64,000 nt of DNA from a virus (IMGVR_UViG_2609459856_000007:28436-92435); one strand, 5' to 3'; positions 18,402 to 28,039 are shown, numbered from the stretch's first letter. Translations and numbers: made by a program. Notes: generated from the letters alone by a model not told the origin.

Positions 18402-19538
18402 ACCAGTATTAGTCACATACACATTGACCGAAAATGATTTAACTTCAGTATTGAAGTTGTCAGTCATTACCGCGAGGTAGGCATTCTTGGTATCTCTGAA
18501 TTGCTTCAGGATGATTTGAACGTTATCGGTGCAAACAAACGAGGTAGCCAGATTGCCTCCTTTCTCTGAAAAATCCTTCAGGAAGGTGCAGTCAACTTTG
18601 CCATCATTAGCGGTGAAGGTAGCATCATCACCCTGCCAGGTAAATGTAGCGTTAACGCCCTTATCAATGGATTTAGCAATAAGTCGCTGGGTGGCGGATT
18701 TTGTTTTGGCTTTGGAAGCCGGCGCTCGATATTTGCCGCTTTCTTTCAGTTCAGCAATGTATTTACAGCCGCTTTTATCTCCTTTATCGCAAGCGGCCTG
18801 ATAAAAATCGGCTGCTTTTTTATAATCCTTTTTAACACCCTCGCCATTCTCATACATAATGCCAAGATTTGTCATGGCATCGACGTTTCCGAGTTCAGCA
18901 GCTTTTTTATACCACTTAATTGCTTCGGCATCGTTTCGTTTAACACCTAAACCATCATCGTATAAGGTGCCTAATGCGAACATACCATCTGAACTACCTT
19001 GATCCGCCGCTTTTTTGTAATAAGCAAAAGCCTTTTTATAACTCTTTTGTACATTTTTACCATGTTGGTAATACACCCCAAGAAGGTAAGTAGCCTTAAC
19101 ATACCCGGCATCAGAGGCTAATTTGAAGTATTTAATGGCGAGTGCATGATCTACTTTACCAAGCATCCCCTTTTGATAAATAGCACCAAGATTGTTGTAG
19201 GCTCTACCTTCACGGGCATCTCCCGCAAGTTTGTAGTACTCAACAGCTTTATTTAGGTCTTTATCTACACCCTCGCCAAATGTGTACATAACTCCAAGTG
19301 CATAATATGCTACTTTATCTCCCTTTTCTGCAGCTAGATCAATCCACTTCTTGGCCTCAACTACATCCTTATCAAAACCATTGATACCATCAAAATAATT
19401 TGTCCCTAACTCACTTTGTGCTGCGGTATCCCCTGCGTTAGCGGCTTCTATCAGCGTTTGTTTATTGTCTGCGTTAACGAATCCAGAGCTAAAAAGCAAA
19501 GTTAATGCCAGCAACGATGAAGATTTTATGTATTTCAT
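18393..19538 (-). CDS. secreted Sel1-like repeat protein
   Basis: Signal peptide MKYIKSSSLLALTLLFSSGFVNA; at least six Sel1 repeats (AxxWYxKAAxxG); ~110-aa non-repeat C-terminus. Confidence 0.75.
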   Translation of the reverse strand: MKYIKSSSLLALTLLFSSGFVNADNKQTLIEAANAGDTAAQSELGTNYFDGINGFDKDVVEAKKWIDLAAEKGDKVAYYALGVMYTFGEGVDKDLNKAVEYYKLAGDAREGRAYNNLGAIYQKGMLGKVDHALAIKYFKLASDAGYVKATYLLGVYYQHGKNVQKSYKKAFAYYKKAADQGSSDGMFALGTLYDDGLGVKRNDAEAIKWYKKAAELGNVDAMTNLGIMYENGEGVKKDYKKAADFYQAACDKGDKSGCKYIAELKESGKYRAPASKAKTKSATQRLIAKSIDKGVNATFTWQGDDATFTANDGKVDCTFLKDFSEKGGNLATSFVCTDNVQIILKQFRDTKNAYLAVMTDNFNTEVKSFSVNVYVTNTGSN

Positions 19539-19770
19539 ATTTTTTGTTCTGTTGATATAGGATGAACAGTTTAGACGCGGCAAGCGTCAAGTGTGCGAAA
19601 AGGGTACTTAAATTTAGTTAATATGTCAGCTTTGTTGATTTAGTTTATGGTCGGTAAAGTTACTGGGAAACTAATAACCATAAGAAATAGTACGCCATTT
19701 AATTATTGTGGCACTGCTCGTGTTTTGATTAACTAATACCTGCGATAAATATAAATAAAGGGAAGCCAAC

Positions 19771-20184
19771 ATGAGCAAAAATAAGCTGATTTTAACAGGA
19801 GCTTTATTGTCTTTGTTTGCTTTAGTGGGGTGTAAGCCTACAGACGAGAAGGCTATTGCTCTGGGCCAACAAGCAATTGCGGATGATATGAAAGATCCCA
19901 CGTCGGTGATGTTTAGGAAAGATAAGTTTGTCAGGACTGATCATAATGACGGGAGAGTTACCGGTTTTGTGTGTGGTGAATTAAACGCCAAAAATGGCTT
20001 TGGTGCATACGTGGGCTACCACTCATATGTTGTCGAACTTGAAATGAAACCAAAGGGCATGTTTTCTAAAGGTGTGGAATACAAAATCCTCATGAAGTCA
20101 TTGGCACCAAACGAGCCTCATGATTTACAGCGTTATAAGCAGGTCTACAGAGAGATGTGCAACAGTGAGGCTGTAGCTCATTAA
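19771..20184 (+). CDS. putative lipoprotein
   Basis: Lipobox LVGC after hydrophobic signal; RBS AAAGGGAAG. Confidence 0.55.
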   Translation: MSKNKLILTGALLSLFALVGCKPTDEKAIALGQQAIADDMKDPTSVMFRKDKFVRTDHNDGRVTGFVCGELNAKNGFGAYVGYHSYVVELEMKPKGMFSKGVEYKILMKSLAPNEPHDLQRYKQVYREMCNSEAVAH

Positions 20185-20247
20185 TGTGAATGCCGGGCTT
20201 ATCGTCTGCCTGGCTTCTTCGTATAGCAGACTATTGCGCCCGATATA

Positions 20248-20267
20248 ATAAGTAGATACTTACTTAT
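20248..20267. promoter_or_regulatory. TAAGTA-n-TACTTA motif
   Basis: ataagtagatacttacttat. Confidence 0.35.
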
Positions 20268-20308
20268 TTTTCTGAAAGAATACTTTCATCTGTTAGTCAG
20301 GAGTTGCT

Positions 20309-21121
20309 ATGAAAGAAGAATTTCAGAAGTTAGTCTGCGACATCATCGACAAATCCGGCGTAGAAATTGATGCAGAAGAGCGCCAGAAGATTATCGACGA
20401 GGCGATCCAAACTGCGCTGGAGCATATCGCCACGTCCGTGAGCGCCGCACCTCTTTCGGAAGGCTCGAAATACATGCAGGTCTGGGTTCGTTTTGGAGAG
20501 TCCCCGGAGTTGCCAGGTGTTAAGCAGAAACGCGCGGCACTTGTGGCGTTCTCTCGCGAGATGAAAGACGCAACGGTCGAAGTGAGTACCGGTGCATGGT
20601 ACGACGGCCGCATTGTCTACACTAATCAGGCTGTCTACACCAATCAGACTGTGTGCAATGAAGGTGAACGGTTTGAGGATATTGTCGACGCAACTCTTCG
20701 CACGCTCAAAGTCAGAGCTGAAGTGGCGGATGACCCGTCCATCGCGGCGTTCCTGAGTATTGTCGAACAGTCTGAAGTTACCGAGCGCGTAACAGATCTG
20801 ACAACTCCACCTGGTTTGCTGGAATTGGTGGTCAGTGGCGATATCAAAAAAGCCGTTGAGCGCATTCGTGAGGTGGAATACGGCATTATCTGCGATATGT
20901 GCCGCAGCGACTTAGACCTGGTGCGCATCATTGTCGACGCGGGTCAGGCATGTGACGGAGTACTCGCCAGTTTTGCAGGGCAAGTGGCTCGTCTGGCCAA
21001 CGAATTACCCATGATTAAACAAGAAGCCAAATCCTACGCCGTCCACCATGCCAACGATTTACTGGACCCATACCGGTTCGAAGCTGCTCAGGACAAAATG
21101 ACTGGCTGGGCGACCTGGTAA
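20309..21121 (+). CDS. hypothetical protein
   Basis: RBS CAGGAG; contains 18-bp tandem duplication (VYTNQAVYTNQTV). Confidence 0.5.
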   Translation: MKEEFQKLVCDIIDKSGVEIDAEERQKIIDEAIQTALEHIATSVSAAPLSEGSKYMQVWVRFGESPELPGVKQKRAALVAFSREMKDATVEVSTGAWYDGRIVYTNQAVYTNQTVCNEGERFEDIVDATLRTLKVRAEVADDPSIAAFLSIVEQSEVTERVTDLTTPPGLLELVVSGDIKKAVERIREVEYGIICDMCRSDLDLVRIIVDAGQACDGVLASFAGQVARLANELPMIKQEAKSYAVHHANDLLDPYRFEAAQDKMTGWATW

Positions 21122-21138
21122 GCCTCGATAAAACATTT

Positions 21139-21161
21139 AGCCCCCTCGTGGGGCTTCTTTA
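21139..21161 (+). terminator. putative rho-independent terminator
   Basis: AGCCCC-ctcgtg-GGGGCT then TCTTT. Confidence 0.45.
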
Positions 21162-21172
21162 AACTGCGATTA

Positions 21173-21184
21173 ATAAGTAAGTAC
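21173..21184. promoter_or_regulatory. TAAGTA motif variant (ataagtaagtac)
   Basis: Upstream of 21203 gene. Confidence 0.3.
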
Positions 21185-21202
21185 AAGATTACGGTTAGAA
21201 GC

Positions 21203-21679
21203 ATGTCCACAAGAACAGATTTGTCGAAAATCCCGTCTATCTCCGGAAACAACGGTTATTCGCTGCGCTGCCCGGAAGTGAAGCTCAACGGCCATGAGGC
21301 TCATTGCAGCTATACAGTCTGCCAACACACGATCCTCGCCTATAAAGAAAAACGTCTCCCGGCTACATCGTTCCAGTCCTGTGCTGCGGCTATTGCTGCT
21401 GGTAAATGTCAGGCACTGAAAATGATGGTCGAAGAGATCCGCAAAGGCGAACAGCTCTACTTCATCGATATGTCTTCACTTATCAAAGAAGTGGAAGAGC
21501 AAAACGACCATGCCAGAACGCTCCCCCGGAAGCGAAACACCGCGACAATTGACAGTCTTATTCATCGCACGAAGAAAACAGAACCTGCTAAATCCGAAAC
21601 CAAGCCCACCGATTCACTGGCGCCGGTCACTGACGTGTACGCGGCACTCATTGAAGAAGCAACCAAAGAAAACACATGA
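21203..21679 (+). CDS. hypothetical protein
   Basis: 158-aa ORF. Confidence 0.45.
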   Translation: MSTRTDLSKIPSISGNNGYSLRCPEVKLNGHEAHCSYTVCQHTILAYKEKRLPATSFQSCAAAIAAGKCQALKMMVEEIRKGEQLYFIDMSSLIKEVEEQNDHARTLPRKRNTATIDSLIHRTKKTEPAKSETKPTDSLAPVTDVYAALIEEATKENT

Positions 21680-21713
21680 AAACTCCCGAGCGACCGATGG
21701 AGGTTAAACACTA

Positions 21714-23036
21714 ATGGAAAAACTGATCGCCCTAAAGCACAAGCTAGATGCTATTAAAACGATGGGAACCAACGCCAAGAAAGAGGCGCTGGCCAATCTG
21801 GATGAATTTGAACAGAGCATGGTCTCGCTAATGCTCAATCCATTCATTCGATTCGGTGTGAAGAAGTACAAAGTGGCCGAGCCACTCGATACTTCCGTAC
21901 CCAGCGACCAGAAGGTAGTAGATCTGCTGGAGAAGCTGGCAGCGCGCGAACTGACCGGGAACATCGCTATTGCTGCTGTCGAATCACTCGTTGCCTCGAT
22001 GTGCGCTGACGGGCAGGACGTGTTTCGTCGCTTCCTGCTGAAAGATCCGAAAGCCGGTGTCGGCATCAGCCTGTGCAACAAGGTGTTCGCAAACCCAATT
22101 CCGAAGTTTGAGGTACAGCTGGCGTCTCCGTACAAGGAGAAAGGCGACAAATACCCATTTAAACCAAATCCAAAGGCCAAGTGGCCAATGATCGGCAGTC
22201 TCAAACTCGATGGTCTCCGGGTTATCTGCGAAGTCATCGTGGACGAGGGTGAGGTCAATTTCCTGACGCGCACCGGCAATCCGATTACGTCACTCGATCA
22301 CCTTAAACCAGCCATGCTGGAGCGGGGCAGACTCTCCGGCTTCAATCACATCTTCTTCGATGGAGAGGGCACTGCAGATACATTCAACCAGTCAGTGTCG
22401 GCGCTTCGTAAGAAGAACGTGAAAGCCATTGGTGCCGTTTACCACATTTTCGATTTCTTCTTACCGGAGTGGCGTGCTCAGGCAAAAAGCAAAGAGTACC
22501 TGAAGACCGGTATGAAGCTGAAAGAGCGCCTGGCTATGCTGGTGGCGTTGTTCCGCAACACTTGCGTGGAAGATTATGCGCAAGATATCCACCTTCATCC
22601 GTTCTACATCATCCATAACCATGAAGACTTTATCGAACGCTTCATGAAGCGCCTGGACGAGAACGAAGAGGGAGAGATGGGCAAAGATCCGGATTCTGTT
22701 TACGAGTTCAAACGCACCCGCAGCTGGTGGAAGCTGAAAGACGAGGATTCAGAAGACGGTGAAATCATCGACTTCGAGCCTGGCGATCCGGATTCTGGAT
22801 TTGCGCATACGCTAGGCAAGATAGTGATTCGTCTGGAGAACGGCGTCATCGTTCGTGCCAGCGGTATCAAGCATAAATACCTGGATGAAATCTGGAACAA
22901 TCAGGAGAAGTATCGTGGACGCATCGTTGAGGTTCACTGCCATGAGAAAACGCCAGATGGTAGCTTGCGTCATCCACGTCTGAAGTGGCCTAAATGTCTT
23001 CGAGATACCGAAGATCGTATTGGAGATAAGGAATGA
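21714..23036 (+). CDS. ATP-dependent DNA ligase
   Basis: Motif I SLKLDGLR (KxDG), FFDGEG, WWKLK; RBS GGAGG. Confidence 0.8.
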   Translation: MEKLIALKHKLDAIKTMGTNAKKEALANLDEFEQSMVSLMLNPFIRFGVKKYKVAEPLDTSVPSDQKVVDLLEKLAARELTGNIAIAAVESLVASMCADGQDVFRRFLLKDPKAGVGISLCNKVFANPIPKFEVQLASPYKEKGDKYPFKPNPKAKWPMIGSLKLDGLRVICEVIVDEGEVNFLTRTGNPITSLDHLKPAMLERGRLSGFNHIFFDGEGTADTFNQSVSALRKKNVKAIGAVYHIFDFFLPEWRAQAKSKEYLKTGMKLKERLAMLVALFRNTCVEDYAQDIHLHPFYIIHNHEDFIERFMKRLDENEEGEMGKDPDSVYEFKRTRSWWKLKDEDSEDGEIIDFEPGDPDSGFAHTLGKIVIRLENGVIVRASGIKHKYLDEIWNNQEKYRGRIVEVHCHEKTPDGSLRHPRLKWPKCLRDTEDRIGDKE

Positions 23037-23212
23037 TGCTCGGCTGGATGTTTGTATTTTTAGTCGTCGGCATTGTTATCGGAAGTCTGGTTATGTCCAG
23101 CTGTATCCACGATTACGTAAAAGCCGGTGTCATGCAAAGGCGAGGTCGTATTTATCGCATAGTAGATATCACGGACACACTGAAGGAGATTAAGGATGAT
23201 CATGTTAAGTAA
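23033..23212 (+). CDS. small membrane protein (59 aa), translationally coupled to ligase
   Basis: ATG overlaps ligase stop; TM LGWMFVFLVVGIVIGSLVM; below ORF-track size cutoff. Confidence 0.35.
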   Translation: MMLGWMFVFLVVGIVIGSLVMSSCIHDYVKAGVMQRRGRIYRIVDITDTLKEIKDDHVK

Positions 23213-23408
23213 ACGAGAGAAGGAAACCCTGCGTGAAATCAGCAAGTGGAAGGAGTTCTACGCCAACTGGAAGCCGAAGACCAGAGCCAAACTGGAGCGC
23301 ATGAATCTTGTCGCCAACGTTTCTCCAAAGGGATGTATTGAGAACTATCAACTGACTGAAAAAGGTTATTTGTTGTTGCAGCAATTGACTGAGGCGGGGG
23401 CATACTGA
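23196..23408 (+). CDS. hypothetical protein
   Basis: 70-aa ORF in coupled series. Confidence 0.35.
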   Translation: MIMLSKREKETLREISKWKEFYANWKPKTRAKLERMNLVANVSPKGCIENYQLTEKGYLLLQQLTEAGAY

Positions 23409-23560
23409 TGATTCCATACATCATTTTATCATTCACTGGTGGCGTGGGCCTCGGCCTCGCAATCTGCCGCGCCCTGGTCCAGCAGGAACTGAAAACCAAA
23501 ACACTTCGTGTCGGTAAGCGTGTGTATCGGGTTGTTCACGAGACGGGAGTGCGAAAATGA
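23408..23560 (+). CDS. small membrane protein (50 aa)
   Basis: ATGA overlaps on both sides; MIPYIILSFTGGVGLGLAICRAL. Confidence 0.3.
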   Translation: MIPYIILSFTGGVGLGLAICRALVQQELKTKTLRVGKRVYRVVHETGVRK

Positions 23561-23862
23561 GCAATTTGACTTCCTTCGACTGGTGGCTGGCAACCTACCT
23601 TGTTGCGGCCGGCTTCGGATTTGCCTTTTACGTTGGTCAGTTAATCGTAAAGCTACTGCTGATCAGATTCCCCAGCCATAAACGCATAGACGACGGTCTG
23701 TGGCGTCTGGGGTCCCTGTTAGAGACGCATTACGGCGAACTCAAGGAAAACGAAACTATCACTATTCAAGCGAAGCGTTTTACCGCCATCATCACGAGAA
23801 CTCCGGAACAAAAGGGGAGCCTGATCAAAAAGATAGCAACTAAACGCATTACAGATAGATAA
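23557..23862 (+). CDS. membrane protein
   Basis: TM WWLATYLVAAGFGFAFYVGQLIVKLLLI. Confidence 0.4.
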   Translation: MSNLTSFDWWLATYLVAAGFGFAFYVGQLIVKLLLIRFPSHKRIDDGLWRLGSLLETHYGELKENETITIQAKRFTAIITRTPEQKGSLIKKIATKRITDR

Positions 23863-23880
23863 GTATTTACTTACTTATCT
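23857..23880. promoter_or_regulatory. TAAGTA-n-TACTTA palindromic motif
   Basis: agataagtatttacttacttatct. Confidence 0.35.
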
Positions 23881-24605
23881 AATATGTATAAGATCACTTT
23901 GTTTTCGTTGAGATGCGACTGTTTGAACGTTAAATATAACTGCAAACGAAGATGCATACCTGGCAGTAGCCTAAGAAGCCAAACACCAGCGAGGTCAGTT
24001 TCCAGCCTCGTTACCAAAATGGGACACACTGAGCGAGTGTGATTGCAGAACGCAGAATAGGGCATATTGCACCATCCATGCCCTATTCAATGAAGTAACA
24101 GAATGGGCGGTTGGTTTCATCATTCCATTCATCCATCCCGGTTTCAGCTGACCGTCCATTCTGTTACGTCATTTCCATTACTTATGTCGTTTATACTTGG
24201 GTTAAAAGCGGCGACGTAACCCGGCTGACTTGGTTAGTCAGCACATAACGTTGAGATCACTGATTTTTCTTAAAATCATACAGGCGATTCCACATAGCTG
24301 TAGCGACTGATCAATATGTTGGGTTGAACATTAATCGGTTCAGTGATCTCAACGTTGTGAAAGCAGGATTAATTAACCCTCTAGTGAAAACATTGTTGCC
24401 TTTATTGCCCCTGGCTTCACAACATGTATGATTCCATACATCCAATAAGATCGAAGAATCTAACGGCAATCAACCACCGAGAAAGATTCCAGATCTTCGC
24501 TCATATGAGCGAGCCACATGCCTCGTCTGGTACTAACGTAAAGTGCAAGTTGCGGGAAAGTTTCTGGCTGCCTGGTTGTCCATAAGCTAGTACCGCCGCG
24601 AAAAT

Positions 24606-24680
24606 GATGGTGTAGCTCAGTGGTAGAGCGGTTGACTGTTAATCAACTGGTCGGTGGTTCGAGTCCACCCACCATCGCCA
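24606..24680 (+). tRNA. tRNA-Asn (anticodon GTT), CCA encoded
   Basis: Cloverleaf: acceptor GATGGTG/CACCATC, D-arm GCTC..GAGC, anticodon stem GTTGA/TCAAC with loop CTGTTAA, T-arm GGTGG-TTCGAGT-CCACC, discriminator G, CCA. Confidence 0.9.
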
Positions 24681-24684
24681 ACAT

Positions 24685-24759
24685 AGCGCTGAACGGTTTG
24701 GATTCGCCACCACCGTCCGAACGAAAGACTCCGCAAATGTCGCCAGACCGTTCAGCGCT
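24685..24759 (+). other. large imperfect hairpin immediately 3' of tRNA-Asn
   Basis: AGCGCTGAACGGT...ACCGTTCAGCGCT (13-bp perfect arms, about 49-nt loop). Confidence 0.4.
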
Positions 24760-24873
24760 GTGATAGACACGGCAGACGTTTTTTAACCATTGCTTCTAAG
24801 CATCGTAGCAACACTTTTTTCAGCGCAAAATCCAAAGGGGCTTCGGCCCCTTTTTGCTATCTTATCTCTTGGT

Positions 24874-25653
24874 AATATGGGAAACAAACGTAAACAGGCG
24901 CGTCGCGCAGTCCGACAGGCACTGAAGTCAAAGCCACGTATCCAGGACTACGAAATTGATACAATCATCGTTAACGAGCAGGCTGTACACCCTACTCTGC
25001 CACCCACCAAGCCTAAACGCGACAAATCCCCCATCGAAGCGCTTAACGAGGCCCAGGCTCACTATCTTATCTCCCTAGATACCAAAGCTCTGACTTTCGC
25101 CACTGGTGAAGCAGGTTGCGGTAAGACTTACCTGGCTGCCACCGTCGCTGCGCAGCGTCTGTTGGATAAGGAAGTCGAGAAGATCATCGTTACGCGTCCC
25201 GTATTGCAAGCAGAAGAAGATCTGGGCTTCCTTCCGGGTGACATGAGCGAGAAGTTCGCTCCGTTCTTTCGTCCCGTTTATGACGTGCTAAAGAAGCGTT
25301 TGGGTGGCTCATTCCTTGAATATTGCTTAAAGCCAGAGGTGGCCAAAGTAGAAATTGCTCCCTTCGCTTATATGCGTGGGCGCACGTTCGAGAACGCAGT
25401 AGTCATTCTTGATGAGGCGCAAAACGTTACAGCGTCACAAATGAAAATGTTCCTGACCCGTATGGACGAGAATGTTACCGTCATTGTGAACGGTGATATT
25501 ACTCAATGTGATCTGCCCGGTAACGTTAAGTCTGGTCTGGAAGATGCTCTGGCTCGTTTTAGACCTTCCGCCCATGTTGGCCTTGTTGAGTTTACGACCG
25601 AAGACTGCGTGCGATCAGAACTATGCAAAATCGCACTGGAAGCCTATCAGTAA
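24874..25653 (+). CDS. phoH: PhoH-family ATPase
   Basis: Walker A GEAGCGKT, Walker B-like VVILDEAQ; ORF track start 24790 is upstream of likely ATG 24874. Confidence 0.8.
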   Translation, partial: NMGNKRKQARRAVRQALKSKPRIQDYEIDTIIVNEQAVHPTLPPTKPKRDKSPIEALNEAQAHYLISLDTKALTFATGEAGCGKTYLAATVAAQRLLDKEVEKIIVTRPVLQAEEDLGFLPGDMSEKFAPFFRPVYDVLKKRLGGSFLEYCLKPEVAKVEIAPFAYMRGRTFENAVVILDEAQNVTASQMKMFLTRMDENVTVIVNGDITQCDLPGNVKSGLEDALARFRPSAHVGLVEFTTEDCVRSELCKIALEAYQ

Positions 25654-25712
25654 GAGAGTTATACAGCCTCGATATCCAGCCATTTGGTGGCTCTCCCAGA
25701 TTAAACCCAACA

Positions 25713-25745
25713 AAAAGCCCCTTACGGGGCTTATTTATTTTTGGC
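25713..25745. terminator. bidirectional rho-independent terminator between convergent genes
   Basis: A-run, AAGCCCC-ttac-GGGGCTT, T-run. Confidence 0.65.
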
Positions 25746-26228
25746 TGTTACTAGAACGCGTCGTTTCTGTCTACCAAAACCTCTAGTAGTAACGACTCTG
25801 ACTTTCTGAGCGACATCACTTTCATTTACAGGAACCATCTGCCCCGTACTTGCATCATAAGTAAAAAGCTGCCCATCTCGAGGCTCATTCGGTGAGATCA
25901 ATGCCGCAGCTTTAACATTCATATGTGGTCTAAATGCGTACGCAACACCTGTAGCGGTTGCACTTTTGCGTCCCCGACCATCAGTAATCAAGCCAGTAAA
26001 CATTCCAAATTTTCTCGGTACAATTCGGCGACGAAATTTTGGTGTAGAATTTTCAATGATTGTTTTTATGGCAGAGGTAGTAGTGCGGGCAGGCTCCGCA
26101 TTTTCAGAAGAGGATGCGACTACTGTAGTTTGGCCCGCATCGATGGCTCGATTCATAGCATCGATACGTTCAGCCTGGCGAGCACGATATTGCTCAAGCC
26201 GTGTAGAATTTTGGCGTTCGTAAGACAT
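25731..26228 (-). CDS. hypothetical protein
   Basis: Strong RBS GAGGGGAAGG before ATG at 26228. Confidence 0.5.
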   Translation of the reverse strand: MSYERQNSTRLEQYRARQAERIDAMNRAIDAGQTTVVASSSENAEPARTTTSAIKTIIENSTPKFRRRIVPRKFGMFTGLITDGRGRKSATATGVAYAFRPHMNVKAAALISPNEPRDGQLFTYDASTGQMVPVNESDVAQKVRVVTTRGFGRQKRRVLVTAKNK

Positions 26229-26667
26229 TCGCCTTCCCCTCTGGTTCTAGGCCTACTTCAATAGTAAACCCTCTGTGTTTCTTCATGGTTACAAATCGAC
26301 AGTAAACGCCTGAAAGTTTTAGATCTGCTGGCGCAAATGTGTAAAGTGCCACGTTGAATGTATTATAGTGGTCAATAATTATTCTTTCAACGCACTTTAG
26401 GACTCTGGTTCCAGCGCCATTTGGCAGGTTTTCCATTCTTTTAAAATGAGTCTTTTCCTTCCAGTTCTGAACAGAATCGAACACTACGTCGTAATGGTTG
26501 CCGTATTCTGGGAAAATAAAATCCAGCGGAAACTCGGCAGCACAATCATACATGTTTGCTTTGGTGATTTGCGTAAAATACACACGGTATTCAACTCCGG
26601 CTACTGCAAATGTTGCTGAATGTGAACGCGGTTCGCCGTATGGAGCAAGCTCGTCAAAGTTAGTCAT
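26194..26667 (-). CDS. hypothetical protein
   Basis: Start uncertain (TTG 26712 or ATG 26667). Confidence 0.4.
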   Translation of the reverse strand: MTNFDELAPYGEPRSHSATFAVAGVEYRVYFTQITKANMYDCAAEFPLDFIFPEYGNHYDVVFDSVQNWKEKTHFKRMENLPNGAGTRVLKCVERIIIDHYNTFNVALYTFAPADLKLSGVYCRFVTMKKHRGFTIEVGLEPEGKANVLRTPKFYTA

Positions 26668-26802
26668 GATTAATGGGTTAATTGTCCTTTTTAAATATGA
26701 TACCAGATTCAATTAGACCGCGTAAAAACGCCTTACATTTGCTCCCCTTATATTAGCGGTAGATTTCACGCCGACGGCTACTTTTTTTAAAAATAGCGGC
26801 CT

Positions 26803-26837
26803 AAATGATTCCATACTTGTAAGGTATGGAATCATTT
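26803..26837. promoter_or_regulatory. perfect 14-bp inverted repeat with 7-bp spacer, candidate recombinase core site or operator
   Basis: AAATGATTCCATAC-ttgtaag-GTATGGAATCATTT, about 100 bp upstream of tyrosine recombinase gene. Confidence 0.45.
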
Positions 26838-26935
26838 TCAAAAACAGTCTATTTTACTGTTGATCATACAAAAACTGAGGCCTAACACACTGTTTATAAA
26901 TACAGTAAAAACAGGCTTCACTCAGTGAGTGGACT

Positions 26936-28039
26936 ATGAAAAACACTTTTGATAAAGCACGCGCAGCAGAAAACACCTCTAGAGAAGCCATCGAGTATCT
27001 CGAACGCGCTTCCGGTTTGTCAGCAGTGTCGACCACCAATTTCGACGGTGACATGTCGTTTTCTTCCGCATTCATGTTATTCACTCGCTTATCTTTGCTG
27101 ATAACGAGACGTCGACCTGAAATAGCTGTTCATTGTATTTTGATACATGTAATGCCGCATATCTGTGAAGTAAAAGTAAGTGACATTAGTAGGGTTTTAG
27201 TCAACCAGCTGGTGAACCCATTAATACTTGAGGGCAAGATCGTCCAGGGCAGACGTGTGTTCTCGCTGATGAAGCAGTTTCTCAGTTGGTGTGCATTTCA
27301 GGGCTTAATTGATACATCCCCATTGAACGATATGTCGCTTAACAGAGTAGCCGGTGGCGCGAAGCCCACGCCGCGCGAGCGCAAACTGACCGACGCAGAG
27401 GTCTGGGTCTTTTGGAATGTATGGGACTACTTCAACGTATGTGAGGGTACAAAGTGGGCGGCCAGATTATGCCTTGTAGCGGCCAGACGACCAGATGAAG
27501 TGCTCCGAGCTAAAAGATCAGAATTCAACCTCGAATATAATTTATGGAATCAAGGAACGAGGAATAAATCGGCTCGCCAGCACTCGTTACCATTAAGCCC
27601 GCTAATGCGCAAATGTGTTGAGGAGCTGATCAAATACGGAAAAGGCAGCCAGTGGCTTGTTCCTTCAAACAAGAAACAGGGGGAGGATGTGCCAATGTCT
27701 AAGGTGGCCATATCACAGGCGTTGAGAAGGATTTTAGAACGTCCAGAGTTGATGGAGCTTGAGCCATTTACCCCCCGAGATTTGCGTCGTACTGCGCGTA
27801 GTTACTTCCCCGCGTTAGGCATAAGTCAGGAGGTATCCCGCAAAATTATGAACCATAGTCTTGAGGGGATAGATCGAGTATACGATCGGCACGATTATAT
27901 AGACGAGATGCGAGACGCCTTAAACAGTTTTTCGGCGTACATCGCATCAATCGTAGAGAAACAGGATTTAGAGGAGATAGATCATAAGTTCAAGGGAGAT
28001 CGACTCGCTACTGAGCTAATCCGTGTAAATTTCTCATAG
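26936..28039 (+). CDS. tyrosine recombinase / phage integrase family protein
   Basis: C-terminal catalytic region with conserved Arg, LRRTA box, MNHS and RVYDRHDY. Confidence 0.75.
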   Translation: MKNTFDKARAAENTSREAIEYLERASGLSAVSTTNFDGDMSFSSAFMLFTRLSLLITRRRPEIAVHCILIHVMPHICEVKVSDISRVLVNQLVNPLILEGKIVQGRRVFSLMKQFLSWCAFQGLIDTSPLNDMSLNRVAGGAKPTPRERKLTDAEVWVFWNVWDYFNVCEGTKWAARLCLVAARRPDEVLRAKRSEFNLEYNLWNQGTRNKSARQHSLPLSPLMRKCVEELIKYGKGSQWLVPSNKKQGEDVPMSKVAISQALRRILERPELMELEPFTPRDLRRTARSYFPALGISQEVSRKIMNHSLEGIDRVYDRHDYIDEMRDALNSFSAYIASIVEKQDLEEIDHKFKGDRLATELIRVNFS

